Source: Candidatus Caldarchaeum sp. (GTDB taxonomy: Archaea > Thermoproteota > Nitrososphaeria_A > Caldarchaeales > Caldarchaeaceae). From it: a stretch of DNA of 64,000 bases. The stretch spans positions 1-64,000 of the forward strand of contig JAWBRA010000009.1 of NCBI GenBank assembly GCA_038844785.1, in the 5' to 3' direction. This document shows, piece after piece, positions 28,191 to 37,987 of the stretch (position 1 is the stretch's first letter; each line of letters begins with the position of its first letter). The notes below the pieces were generated by a model. It was not told the origin of the DNA and searched no databases. It was given only the letters and a program-made list of their open reading frames with translations. The translations under genes were made by a program, and so were the position numbers.

Positions 28191-29381
28191 TTGGGTGAAA
28201 GCCCCACGCTAGCCAGATACGATAGACAGCTAAGGCTTGATGGATGGGACCAGTACAAGCTGATGTCCGCAAAAGTTGTGATCGCCGGAGTTGGTGCTCT
28301 TGGATGTGAGGCGGCTAAAAACCTGGCTCTGATGGGTGTTGGTGAACTTTTGCTTGTTGATAATGATGTGGTGGAACTGTCTAACCTAAGCCGTCAGATG
28401 TTGTACATGGATGAGGATGTTGGAAAGCCGAAGGCCTTGGTTGCTGAGGACCGCGTTAAAAAAATGAACCCGTCGATCAACGTTGTTGGCCTGCAGATGG
28501 ATGTGCGTCAAATTCCCGAGGAGGTTTTCGCGAAGGCTGATGTTCTGGTAAGCTGTGTTGACAACTGGCCTACTAGGAGGTGGATAAACTCTATGGCCGT
28601 TGAGGTGGGTAAACCGTTAGTAGACATTGCCACAGACGCATACTATGGAAATGTTCAAGTAGTCGTCCCAGGGAAGACGGCATGCATTGAATGTCATGCT
28701 GAGGCCTTGATTCCAACTGAGGTTCAGGCTGCAGAATGTTCTCTTAGGCGGAGAAAGCCGGAGGATTTGATTGCCGAACTCTATGAAAAGGGAATATCTT
28801 TGGACCGACAGGAGGCTGAAGAGCTTTTCCGACATAATATTAAAACGCTTTATGACATCAAGTATGCTCCGCAAAGACTCGTAGACTCTCTGGATGAAAA
28901 TGTAAGAAGCCTTGTTTTAAGACTTCGTGGTCTTTTAAACCCTAAGATGCCTGCGCTCCAAAGCGTTTCCGCAACCATTGCAGGGTTGGGTGTTTTCGAA
29001 ACAGTTAGGATACTGCATAAAGGGCTTCTTGGAAAGCCTTTCAGCGGTTTGTTTATGTACGACGGTCTCAGGGGAAGGTTGACGAAGGTGCAGCTTGACA
29101 GGAACATGTTATGTCACGTGTGCAGCGTGGACGAAGAACAGCCCATAGAGCTGGAGATATCAAACAAGGAAAAAGTTGCCGACATACGGGAGAGAATCGC
29201 CAACAAGTTCATGTTCCCCGACGCACGGATACAGTTTGGTGCGAAGCTTCTCGACGACTCTGCTGAGGTTAGGGAAATCGGCTTAACGGACCGGGACATC
29301 CTGTACGTACACTCGACGAGAAGGGCTACGCCTCTAGCTTTACGGGTGAAAATCCTTGAAGATAGTGATCAAAGAGGTTAA
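28191..29381 (+). CDS. Ubiquitin-activating enzyme E1
   Basis: RYDRQ, GVGALG, DVVELSNLSRQ, CIEC/CHVC Zn ligands, likely catalytic Cys (AECS), C-terminal ubiquitin-fold-like domain. Confidence 0.93.
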   Translation: MGESPTLARYDRQLRLDGWDQYKLMSAKVVIAGVGALGCEAAKNLALMGVGELLLVDNDVVELSNLSRQMLYMDEDVGKPKALVAEDRVKKMNPSINVVGLQMDVRQIPEEVFAKADVLVSCVDNWPTRRWINSMAVEVGKPLVDIATDAYYGNVQVVVPGKTACIECHAEALIPTEVQAAECSLRRRKPEDLIAELYEKGISLDRQEAEELFRHNIKTLYDIKYAPQRLVDSLDENVRSLVLRLRGLLNPKMPALQSVSATIAGLGVFETVRILHKGLLGKPFSGLFMYDGLRGRLTKVQLDRNMLCHVCSVDEEQPIELEISNKEKVADIRERIANKFMFPDARIQFGAKLLDDSAEVREIGLTDRDILYVHSTRRATPLALRVKILEDSDQRG

Positions 29382-29586
29382 CGCAGGGTTCTGGAACCCT
29401 TTCGAAGATGAGGATAGAACGAAGCAGAAGCTTAATTTCTGCGTTATCTGCGGGCTTGAAATTTCAAACGAAAAAACATATTCATGCCCCCACTGTGGTT
29501 CTGTGGGGCATATGTCATGTTTTGACGACTGGCTGCTGATAAGAAAGTCATGCCCGCTGTGCAGGAGGCCTATAGCGGAGGGATGA
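29356..29586 (+). CDS. Small RING finger E3 ligase
   Basis: CVIC...CPHC...HMSC...W...CPLC cross-brace pattern; operon context. Confidence 0.88.
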   Translation: MKIVIKEVNAGFWNPFEDEDRTKQKLNFCVICGLEISNEKTYSCPHCGSVGHMSCFDDWLLIRKSCPLCRRPIAEG

Positions 29587-29592
29587 ACCAAT

Positions 29593-29904
29593 ATGGCTGA
29601 AGAAAAGAACGAAAAAGTCATAGAGCTCGACTTTTTGGAGACTCCAAAAGGCCCTGTAGCTCGTTTTGACGGAGTTAAACAGCTTGCCGAGTTGGTTGTA
29701 GAGGTTTTTCAAGAGTTGGAAAAGTTGAATGAAAAAATCAAATCCTTTGAGAAGGAGGAAAAAGCACCGGAGAGTATCGAAAGAAGGTTGAAGGACATAG
29801 AGGACCAGCTTGCTGTCCTTTCGGACGACATGCGTGAGATACTGAACGCCCTGGGAGAGCTTTCTGCCACAGTAGCCCAGCTTAGGAAAGCCCTCAAATT
29901 ATGA
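29593..29904 (+). CDS. Small coiled-coil protein, last gene of the ubiquitin operon
   Basis: 6 bp after the RING gene; heptad repeats. Confidence 0.75.
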   Translation: MAEEKNEKVIELDFLETPKGPVARFDGVKQLAELVVEVFQELEKLNEKIKSFEKEEKAPESIERRLKDIEDQLAVLSDDMREILNALGELSATVAQLRKALKL

Positions 29905-30732
29905 GGTTAGAAAAGCACGTCTCATCTCAGTTATCAGCTCGTTCAGCTCAGCCCTCCGTTTCTCCATCTGTGCAACCTCGTTCGAAAGAGATTCTTTATA
30001 GGCTTCGAGCTTGTTGATTTCTTCTTTAAGCTTGTTGGCTGTCGCTATCAATTTCTCAGCCTCAGCCTTGCTGTTTTCGAGAATAGCAAGCTTATCCTCC
30101 AGCTCCTTCTCCCTACGTATCATCCGCTCCATTCTGATCTCTCTGAGCTTGAACATTTTGTCCATCTCTTTTCCAAAGCTTTCAAGCTTCTTCTGAGAAT
30201 CTTCAAAGGCGGTCAAGTAACGCTCCTTAAGCATGTTTATCTCCTCCTCCAGACTCTCCTTTTTACGCATTAAGTCCTTTAGGGTTTCTTGGGCTTCGGC
30301 TATCTGCCGCTCTTTCTGCTCAAGCTCTGCTTTCCAGCGAGCCACCTCTTCTCTCAGCATCGCTAAGCTTTCTCTCTCAGTTTTGTATCGTTGAGCTTCC
30401 TTCATAAGGTTCTCCCTTTCCTTGAACAGCAAGTCAGCTGTTTCATGCAAGCTTTCACGCAAGGACTTAATCTCCTCCGTTACCGCTTTTAAAGAGTCTA
30501 GTGTGTAGTCCAACACGGCAGTCTTTTCAAGCAAGCCCTGCAAACGAGCCATAGACTTATGAGGTGTTGAAAACTGCTCAAGAACCAACCTTACGTCCTC
30601 CTTGATTTTGGCCAACGCCTCCTCAACAAGCCCTATTCTCTCCTCCATCCGTTCAGTGAGCTGGACCCTTAGAGCAGCAACCTCTTTGCGGAGGTCTGCT
30701 ATGCTGTCGGGCCTTTTGGAAAGCAGCCCCAT
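29899..30732 (-). CDS. Long coiled-coil hypothetical protein
   Basis: 277 aa, almost entirely E/K/L heptads. Confidence 0.75.
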   Translation of the reverse strand: MGLLSKRPDSIADLRKEVAALRVQLTERMEERIGLVEEALAKIKEDVRLVLEQFSTPHKSMARLQGLLEKTAVLDYTLDSLKAVTEEIKSLRESLHETADLLFKERENLMKEAQRYKTERESLAMLREEVARWKAELEQKERQIAEAQETLKDLMRKKESLEEEINMLKERYLTAFEDSQKKLESFGKEMDKMFKLREIRMERMIRREKELEDKLAILENSKAEAEKLIATANKLKEEINKLEAYKESLSNEVAQMEKRRAELNELITEMRRAFLTS

Positions 30733-30864
30733 ACCTTACTTAACATAAACAACATCGTTATAAACCCTATCTGTATGAAAAAACCCGAAAACTCGTGGAA
30801 ATCGGTTCCTCCTGTTTTAAAAACATGTTTTTATATGGTGCGGTATCCAGAGAATTAGACGGCC

Positions 30865-31554
30865 ATGGTGGTGTCTGAGCAGCGGCTTCTGATAAGGTTT
30901 TTTAAGCTAGGGTCGTTGCTTGCACTGGTAGGCAGCATACATATTCTCACGCTTCTTCTCCCGTGGTATGTGGTGAGGGCCGACACTGTTTCCAGAACTA
31001 TTGTCAGCGGGTATCTCCTGCTTGAGACGCTTCTTCTGTCGGTCATGGGAGGGGTTTTGGCAGGCGTGTCCCTCCTTGCCACATCATTCTCGACTAGGGC
31101 AGGGGTTGTCAGAATTGTGTTGTCGGTTCTAGCTATTCTGGGAGGGGTTTTAGCCTTGTTCTCCCCGATATACTTAAACCTCATCATAATACCGCGTCTC
31201 AACGTCGCAGGAGAGCCAGACCTTGGTTTTTTCGCATCTCTTTTCTCAGCAGTTGCTCTAATTGCGCTCGGCCTTATAGTGGTTTTAACAAGGCCTCAGA
31301 AAGTTGAGCTACCCTACCCCGGCTACTACGGGATGTCAGAGATCACAACACCTTCGGCGCCGGCTGAGCAGACAACGATGGAGCCTGTGGACACGGTTGA
31401 CGAGGGGGTTGTTTGTCCAATATGCTACACGACGGTTACGGCGGAAAACGCTGTCAAATGCTCCTCCTGCGGCGTAGTCTTCCACTCGGGCTGCGCCGAC
31501 GCATACGTCAACATCAACGGAACATGTCCAAACTGCGGCCGAGCAGTTGTTTAA
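30865..31554 (+). CDS. Membrane protein (about 4 TM) with C-terminal RING finger; candidate membrane E3 ligase
   Basis: Four hydrophobic segments, a P/T/E linker, then CPIC...CSSC...HSGC...CPNC, the same ligand pattern as the small RING protein. Confidence 0.82.
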   Translation: MVVSEQRLLIRFFKLGSLLALVGSIHILTLLLPWYVVRADTVSRTIVSGYLLLETLLLSVMGGVLAGVSLLATSFSTRAGVVRIVLSVLAILGGVLALFSPIYLNLIIIPRLNVAGEPDLGFFASLFSAVALIALGLIVVLTRPQKVELPYPGYYGMSEITTPSAPAEQTTMEPVDTVDEGVVCPICYTTVTAENAVKCSSCGVVFHSGCADAYVNINGTCPNCGRAVV

Positions 31555-31569
31555 CACGGTGCTTGGCTG

Positions 31570-33021
31570 ATGTCGCTTGAAAACATAGTAAAGCTAGGCC
31601 TAGAGAAAGGGTTTTTCTTTCCTTCGGCTGAGATCTACGCTAACGCGCCGGCTGGGTTCTGGGACTACGGTCACTTGGGCGTGTTGATGAAGCAGAAATA
31701 CATTGCTGCGTGGCATAGGCTTCTAGTTCGCCGGGACGATATGATACTGGTTGACGGCTCTCAAATCCTACCCCGTGGAGTTTTCATAGCGTCGGGCCAT
31801 ATTGACACTTTTGCGGACCCTGTGAGCAAGTGCACGGCATGCGGCGCGGTTCACCGAATAGATAGGCTTCTTGAGGAGAGGCTGAATATTAAAGTGCCTG
31901 AGAGGACGCCGCCCGAGCAGATTGAAACCATCATAAGAAATTCGGGTTTCCGGTGTCCTCTCTGCGGTGGGGTGTTGGGTCCGGTTTCGCTTTTCAACAT
32001 GATGTTTAAGGTTTCTGTGGGGGCTTCAGGTGAAGAAGCCTACCTAAGGCCTGAGACGTGCCAAAACATATTTGTAGACTTTCTGCGTCTGTACAAGATC
32101 TCAAGACGGCGTCTGCCGATAGCGATGGCGCAAGTGGGAAAAAGTTTTAGAAACGAAATTTCCCCTCGTCAATCGCTCATCAGGCTCAGAGAGTTCACCC
32201 AAGCGGAGGTTGAGGTTTTCTACTCGCCGCACAAGGCCAACGAATTTCCCAAAATGGAGGCGGTAAAAGAATATCAGCTCAACATTTTGGTTGACGACAA
32301 GCTGAAACAGTTTTCATGTTCCGACGCCGTAGCATCTGGTCTTGTGTCAAGCTGGCTGGCGGCTTATTATCTGGCTTTGGTGCAGGATTTTTACCTGAGG
32401 GTCGGTGTGCCCAGGGAGAGGCTTAGGTTTAGAAGGCTGGGCGAAGATGAGAAGGCGTTCTATGCGGCTGAGGCATGGGATCTTGAGGTCTTGGTTGACG
32501 GTGAATGGATTGAGCTAGTCGCATGCAACAACAGAACCGACTACGACCTGACGGGCCATGCACGTGTGAGCGGGGTGGATTTAAAAGTTGTCGAAGACGG
32601 TATAGGGTTTGTTCCCCATGTATTCGAGCTTTCGATGGGTGTGGACAGAAGCATCCTCACCCTGCTTCAGCTCGCGTACACGGTTGAAGAAGGCAGGACT
32701 GTGCTAAAAATCCACCCGTCCCTAGCGCCTTACTCGGCCGCTGTATTTCCTCTGGTCGATAAGCCTGAGCTGTCTGAATTCGCTCAAAAACTTTACGAGC
32801 GGCTGAAGCTTGACTTCGATGTCTTCTATGACGAAAGCGGCAGCATAGGAAGAAGATACAGACGGCAGGACGAAATCGGCACACCCTACTGCATAACCGT
32901 GGACTACCAATCCTTGGAAGACAACACTGTGACCGTGAGGAACAGGGACACAATGAAGCAGGATAGAGTACACGTCACAGAGGTCAAAGAATACTTGGAC
33001 AAGGGATTGCGGCTGGTTTAA
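31570..33021 (+). CDS. glyS: Glycine--tRNA ligase (alpha2 type)
   Basis: YLRPETCQ, FRNEISPR, REFTQAE, SIGRRYRRQDEIGTP. Confidence 0.95.
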   Translation: MSLENIVKLGLEKGFFFPSAEIYANAPAGFWDYGHLGVLMKQKYIAAWHRLLVRRDDMILVDGSQILPRGVFIASGHIDTFADPVSKCTACGAVHRIDRLLEERLNIKVPERTPPEQIETIIRNSGFRCPLCGGVLGPVSLFNMMFKVSVGASGEEAYLRPETCQNIFVDFLRLYKISRRRLPIAMAQVGKSFRNEISPRQSLIRLREFTQAEVEVFYSPHKANEFPKMEAVKEYQLNILVDDKLKQFSCSDAVASGLVSSWLAAYYLALVQDFYLRVGVPRERLRFRRLGEDEKAFYAAEAWDLEVLVDGEWIELVACNNRTDYDLTGHARVSGVDLKVVEDGIGFVPHVFELSMGVDRSILTLLQLAYTVEEGRTVLKIHPSLAPYSAAVFPLVDKPELSEFAQKLYERLKLDFDVFYDESGSIGRRYRRQDEIGTPYCITVDYQSLEDNTVTVRNRDTMKQDRVHVTEVKEYLDKGLRLV

Positions 33022-33057
33022 CGCAGATTTAAATAATCGTCGATAAACCTATCGACG

Positions 33058-33414
33058 ATGTCGCAGACTGACGCGCTCATCTACTATACGGTTCTCAGCG
33101 CGTTGCTTCCTGTCATCTTGTACGCCGCCAACAGGCTTCTAGCCCCTAAACGCAGCTCTCGAAGGAAAAGGCTTTCTTTTGAGAGCGGTCAGGTCCCGTT
33201 CGAATGGGCTGAGACATCTTTCCCTGTCGAGTATTTTCCATATGCGATAATATACATAGCTTACGCTGTTCTGTCGGTAGCTGTTTTCCTTTCGGCCGTG
33301 GCCATAATCGACAGGCCTGAAGCAGGCTTTAACCTAGTGCTTTTGCTAGCCGTATTGAGTGCTTCGTCGATTTATGCCGCTTTCAGCTTGAAGGAGCTTC
33401 CGCAGAGGCTGTAG
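33058..33414 (+). CDS. nuoA: NADH-quinone oxidoreductase subunit A
   Basis: 3 TM, FESG loop motif, adjacent to nuoH. Confidence 0.75.
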   Translation: MSQTDALIYYTVLSALLPVILYAANRLLAPKRSSRRKRLSFESGQVPFEWAETSFPVEYFPYAIIYIAYAVLSVAVFLSAVAIIDRPEAGFNLVLLLAVLSASSIYAAFSLKELPQRL

Positions 33415-33417
33415 AAG

Positions 33418-34449
33418 ATGGCTGTGCCCATACCTCCACCACTAGATCAGGTTGTGAGGTTTGTAGCCAGCGAGGCTTTCGTGAAAGCCGCAATCTTCCC
33501 CGGAGCCACGTTTGTGGCGGTTTTAGGCATACTCTCCGTTTGGTATGAGAGGAAACTTCTTGCGAGGGTTATGCTGAGGATAGGGCCTTTTCATGTCGGA
33601 AAATATGGTGGATGGCTGCAGGTTGTCGCGGACGCTGTTAAGTTTCTTTCAAAAGAGTTCATAGTTCCCGCTCGAGCGAGGAAGAAGCTCTTCGTAACCA
33701 TGCCTATGGCTGCTCTCCTGCTGGCTGCCATGCTTTTCGCTTTCATCCCGTTTAGCGGCTACTGGGTTATCTACAGGTCTGACATAGGCGTCCTTCTAGC
33801 ATTCTTGTTCCTAGCGGTTTCACCAATACCTTTAATCGTAGCTGGTTGGGCGTCAGGCAGCAAGTACAGCTTCATAGGGATGATTCGTTTTGCTTTTCAG
33901 GTTTTCGCCTACGAAATTCCTTTGTTCCTTGCTTTGACCGGCGTGATCATAGCTGCGAGATCCTTCGACTTGGTTGAGATAGTTAACGCTCAAGCTGCTC
34001 TGCCGTTCATCGTAACCCAGGTTATCGGTTTTCTCGTATTCTTCATAGCTGCCGTCAGCGAAGCTGAACGGATTCCGTTCGACCTGCCTACAGCAGAGCA
34101 GGAGCTTGTCGAGGGTTGGATGGTGGAGTACGGCTCCGTTGGGTTCCTCACAATACAGCTGGCGATGTATACAAAGTTGGACGCTCTAGTATTTCTGGCC
34201 GTTGACCTTTATCTCGGCGGCTGGCACGGGCCAAGCATCCCCGGAGTACCTGAGACAATACTACATCCCTTCTGGGTCTTCGTGAAGTTTCTGATAGTCC
34301 TGTCCGTAATCCTTCTCTTTAGAGGTGTTTACACACGTATAACGATAAAGAGGATACTTGACCTTGGCTGGAGGCTTCTGATACCTCTTGCCTTGATAAA
34401 CCTTCTTCTCGTAAGCGTTAGTGTATACCTGCCGACCCTGGTGGCTTAA
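33418..34449 (+). CDS. nuoH: NADH-quinone oxidoreductase subunit H
   Basis: ERKLLAR..RIGP, ADAVK..KE, RIPFDLPTAEQEL. Confidence 0.93.
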   Translation: MAVPIPPPLDQVVRFVASEAFVKAAIFPGATFVAVLGILSVWYERKLLARVMLRIGPFHVGKYGGWLQVVADAVKFLSKEFIVPARARKKLFVTMPMAALLLAAMLFAFIPFSGYWVIYRSDIGVLLAFLFLAVSPIPLIVAGWASGSKYSFIGMIRFAFQVFAYEIPLFLALTGVIIAARSFDLVEIVNAQAALPFIVTQVIGFLVFFIAAVSEAERIPFDLPTAEQELVEGWMVEYGSVGFLTIQLAMYTKLDALVFLAVDLYLGGWHGPSIPGVPETILHPFWVFVKFLIVLSVILLFRGVYTRITIKRILDLGWRLLIPLALINLLLVSVSVYLPTLVA

Positions 34450-34808
34450 CCCTTCCTCATCCTTTTCAGCTTAAACTCTAAGCCTGTGGAAATGATGTTT
34501 GCCCTCACAATAGTGTAGACCACCTGGTCTAGAAGCCTGCCGTGCATGAAGTCATCCATTTTCTCCCCATATGTCCGGTAGATTTCATACATTGCTTTCA
34601 AGTTGTTCTCCAAGTCAAGCCTACCGGAGAGTGTGTGGTAGTGTTTGTTGGCTTTTATGCTTTCGAGGATGTTCACCGCTTTTTCGAGATGGTAGTAGTC
34701 CTCCGTGTCAAGGAATTCTCTCAAAACTGTCACAATGTTTCTGAGGCCTTGATGGAGGTTCAGCAGCTCAGGCCTTTCTTTCGGAGAGAGCTCGTGAGCC
34801 ATCACCAC
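34446..34808 (-). CDS. Hypothetical helical protein
   Basis: 120-aa ORF overlapping the nuoI stop. Confidence 0.65.
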   Translation of the reverse strand: MVMAHELSPKERPELLNLHQGLRNIVTVLREFLDTEDYYHLEKAVNILESIKANKHYHTLSGRLDLENNLKAMYEIYRTYGEKMDDFMHGRLLDQVVYTIVRANIISTGLEFKLKRMRKG

Positions 34809-35713
34809 CCCCTCAGAACCATCACAAGCTTGTCTATCCAGCCTATCTCAGCGGGCGGCGCGGTCAGTCCCTGCTTAGCGAGCTGCTTAGGAGTGTAGAG
34901 AAGCGACCGCCTATCCATGGCTGATAGCTCGTACTCGGGCATCATTTCCAAGGCGTAGAAAGGACATGCGTCCACGCACAGCCCGCAGAAAACGCATCTG
35001 CTGTAGTCAACGGATGGGAAGTAGGATTTCTTGTTGTGGGGTAGTTTTTCATCTATTTTCTTCACGGCGAGTAGTAGCTCATGCCTGCCGTTGGTGAGCC
35101 TATGGTATTCATCCTCTTTATCAGCGTCCTTCACCTCTATAACCTCGTCAACCCAGCCGTTTGATCTAGCCCAGTCGAGGAATGGGGTGAAGTAGTTTTC
35201 CAAGATGGCTTCAGACCTGTAGGCGTAGACGGGCTCGGCGTTGAGCATCCACTCAAAACCGGCGTCTACAAGCTTGATGGCCCTGAAATCTGTCCACGCT
35301 ATTTGCGGCGTTGGATGGGAGTTATGATGCACGTTTTTAGGAGGGTTGTGCAAGCTGTCAACCAAAGTCTCGAAAAGCTGTACGGCTTCCTTCTCACCTT
35401 TTTTGAAAGACTCCATCAGCTCCTTACTGAACTTAAGGCTGACGTTAAAACCGTAGACCATTATTATAGCTTCTGCTATGTTTTGGCAAGCAATGTCGCA
35501 GAGGCTGCAGCCTGTGCATTTGTCGAGGTAGAGGATGTGCCGGCCTTTGAAGCCTGGGTAGGCTATGCCTGCCTTCGGGTCGTAGCGATAGTTTTCACCT
35601 GTGGTATTCACTATTTTTTCAAAAGGATATTTTACGGTTACAGGGGTTGTGAATAAGTGTTTGAAAGCCACGAGCATCGGCTTAAGTATGCGTGCAAATG
35701 TCTCAAACACCAT
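34802..35713 (-). CDS. nuoI: NADH-quinone oxidoreductase subunit I with a large internal insertion
   Basis: TVKYPFEK, FKGRH, CTGCSLCDIAC, then a long spacer, then RCVFCGLCVDACP. Confidence 0.85.
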   Translation of the reverse strand: MVFETFARILKPMLVAFKHLFTTPVTVKYPFEKIVNTTGENYRYDPKAGIAYPGFKGRHILYLDKCTGCSLCDIACQNIAEAIIMVYGFNVSLKFSKELMESFKKGEKEAVQLFETLVDSLHNPPKNVHHNSHPTPQIAWTDFRAIKLVDAGFEWMLNAEPVYAYRSEAILENYFTPFLDWARSNGWVDEVIEVKDADKEDEYHRLTNGRHELLLAVKKIDEKLPHNKKSYFPSVDYSRCVFCGLCVDACPFYALEMMPEYELSAMDRRSLLYTPKQLAKQGLTAPPAEIGWIDKLVMVLRGW

Positions 35714-35756
35714 CCGGCGTTCACCGCCCGGGCTCTGTGCTAAAACTACAGAATCC

Positions 35757-36011
35757 TTATTTAATTAAGATGTTCTTCTCCAGCTTGGCTGTCAGGTATC
35801 TTCTGTAAAGCTTGTGTCCGAAGATTGCGTTTAGAATTGTGGCGGCTTGCAAGCCAGCGTGGGTCATGATGAAGACGCTGAGAGGCTGTTTTAACACCAC
35901 GATAACAACTATGGCCGTGATGAAGATGAAGAAGTGGACGAGGATAGCTGCAACAACCGCTGTCGTCTGGTATCTCTCGACGGCTTTGTCGATTGCTGTT
36001 TTAACCGCCAT
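35757..36011 (-). CDS. Small 2-TM protein, possible oxidase accessory subunit
   Basis: Two hydrophobic helices; overlaps the coxA 3' end. Confidence 0.6.
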   Translation of the reverse strand: MAVKTAIDKAVERYQTTAVVAAILVHFFIFITAIVVIVVLKQPLSVFIMTHAGLQAATILNAIFGHKLYRRYLTAKLEKNILIK

Positions 36012-37569
36012 CGCCGTCAGCCTTTGCCTTGACCGCGTCCAGTTTGTTGAGATATTCGCCGAGGAAGTCTGGCATGTTGTTTTTATTGGCTTCCCACGGG
36101 TCTTCGTCAGCTTTTGGCCCGAACTTCCAGCTCATAAGTATGTTTATCAGGAATATCGCTGTCCCTATGGCTATTATGACGGCGCCTACCGTGGCGGTTA
36201 TGTGTAGCGGCTGAAACTCCTCGATATATGCATAGTATCGACGGGGCATGCCCATCAAGCCCAGCAACATCATAGACACGAACACGAGGTATTGCCCGAT
36301 GTTCGCGGTGGCGAAATGGATTTTGCCGAGCGTCTCGCTGTACATTCTTTTAGTCAGGTAGGGGAAGTAATAGTATGTGGCTGCGAAAGCAGCCTGCGAG
36401 ATTGCTCCGAAGAGTATGAAATGCATGTGACCCACAACCCAGTAAGTGTCTTGGAGATGCCAGTCAACGGGGATTGATGCTTGGAAGACTCCCGTGATTC
36501 CTCCGACGATGAAGGTTGCGATAAAGCTGAGGCTGAACAACGTGGGGGTGTTGAACCTTATTTTACCGCCCCACAGAGTCGCCTCCCAGTTTACCACCTT
36601 TATCCCTGAAGGTATGGCTACAGACATGGTCATCAGCATGAAAGGTGCCAGCGTGAGGGGTGAGAGCCCAGTCGTGAACATGTGGTGAGCCCATACACCG
36701 AACCCGAGAACAGCTATCAAGACTGATGAAAGAGCTATCATCCTATAGCCAACTATAGGTTTTTTCACTAATCGCGGTATAAGTTCCGAGATGACACCCA
36801 TGGCGGGCAAAACGAGTATGTAAACCTCCGGGTGGCCGAAGAACCAGAACAGATGCTGCCATAAAATAGTGTCACCGCCTGAGCTGGGGAGGTAAAAACC
36901 TGTGCCAAGGTTCCTGTCCAACAGCAACAGTGTCAGGGCGAAAGCAATCACCGGCACAGCGAAAATAATGATGAAAGAGGTCACAACTATGGACCAGACG
37001 AACAGCGGAAGCCTCCACAAACCTATGTCAGCGCGACGGAGCCTCCAAGTAGTTATTATAAAGTTTAGAGACCCTATCATGGAAGATGTTCCTGCGACAT
37101 GGAGGCTGAGTATCCATAGATCTATCCCAGGGTTTGGCGTCACCACGGAAAGAGGAGTATAACCGGTCCATCCTATGTTCGCCCAGCTTGACAGCAGAAG
37201 AATACCTCCTGACAGGAAGAGCCAGAAACTCAGGGCATTGAGTTTGGGATAGTACATGTCTGGAGCGCCAATCATTTTTGGAAGAAGGTAGTTTGCGAAA
37301 CCTGCGAAGACCGGCATTGCCCAGAAGAAGATCATAAGGGTGCCGTGGATGGTGAAAAGGCTTGCGTAAGTGTTGGGGTCTACAAAACCTCCTCTGGGTG
37401 TTGCGAGCTCCCAGCGCATTAGAAGAGCCAAAACCCCGCCAACAACCAGGAAGACGTAGGAGGCTGCGATATACATCAGACCTATGTGGGCGTGGTAGGT
37501 TGTTGACAATATCTTGTAGACATTCTTGTACCACGGTGCAGGTTTAACCTCAGCCCTCGTCACCGTCAT
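36001..37569 (-). CDS. coxA: Cytochrome c oxidase subunit I (A1 type)
   Basis: FTIHG, WFFGHPEVY, WAHHMF, VGHMHF. Start set at MTVTR, a TAATG overlap with the upstream gene. Confidence 0.95.
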   Translation of the reverse strand: MTVTRAEVKPAPWYKNVYKILSTTYHAHIGLMYIAASYVFLVVGGVLALLMRWELATPRGGFVDPNTYASLFTIHGTLMIFFWAMPVFAGFANYLLPKMIGAPDMYYPKLNALSFWLFLSGGILLLSSWANIGWTGYTPLSVVTPNPGIDLWILSLHVAGTSSMIGSLNFIITTWRLRRADIGLWRLPLFVWSIVVTSFIIIFAVPVIAFALTLLLLDRNLGTGFYLPSSGGDTILWQHLFWFFGHPEVYILVLPAMGVISELIPRLVKKPIVGYRMIALSSVLIAVLGFGVWAHHMFTTGLSPLTLAPFMLMTMSVAIPSGIKVVNWEATLWGGKIRFNTPTLFSLSFIATFIVGGITGVFQASIPVDWHLQDTYWVVGHMHFILFGAISQAAFAATYYYFPYLTKRMYSETLGKIHFATANIGQYLVFVSMMLLGLMGMPRRYYAYIEEFQPLHITATVGAVIIAIGTAIFLINILMSWKFGPKADEDPWEANKNNMPDFLGEYLNKLDAVKAKADGDGG

Positions 37570-37982
37570 TACTCCACCACCAGCCAAGCTATCATGGAGT
37601 AATGGCCTTGGCCGCAGAACTCGGCACACTGAATTAAATACCTTCCGGGAACAGTGGGCGTGAAGTATAGAACGTTGGTTCTCCCGGGGACAACGTCTTT
37701 CTTAAGACCTAGATCCCGGATGAAAATGCTGTGAATTACGTCAGCCGAGTGGAGCTCAAGCTTGACGGTCTGCCCCGCCTTCACCTTCAGCTCGCCGCTG
37801 ACCCTGCCGTCCGGGTATATGAACTGCCATGCAAACTGCCTTGCCTCTACTCTTATAACCACGTCTGCCGGCTTAGGCTCCTCCAGAAAGTTGAGAACAA
37901 TCCATGAATTATAACCTATAACTGCGAACAGGGCCAAAGCGCCGATGATGGTTAAGTTTTCAACAAGCTTAGACTTTTCCAT
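37569..37982 (-). CDS. coxB: Cytochrome c oxidase subunit II, CuA domain with 1 TM
   Basis: QFAWQFIY, DVIHS, CAEFCGQGHYSM. Confidence 0.92.
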   Translation of the reverse strand: MEKSKLVENLTIIGALALFAVIGYNSWIVLNFLEEPKPADVVIRVEARQFAWQFIYPDGRVSGELKVKAGQTVKLELHSADVIHSIFIRDLGLKKDVVPGRTNVLYFTPTVPGRYLIQCAEFCGQGHYSMIAWLVVE

Positions 37983-37987
37983 TTATC

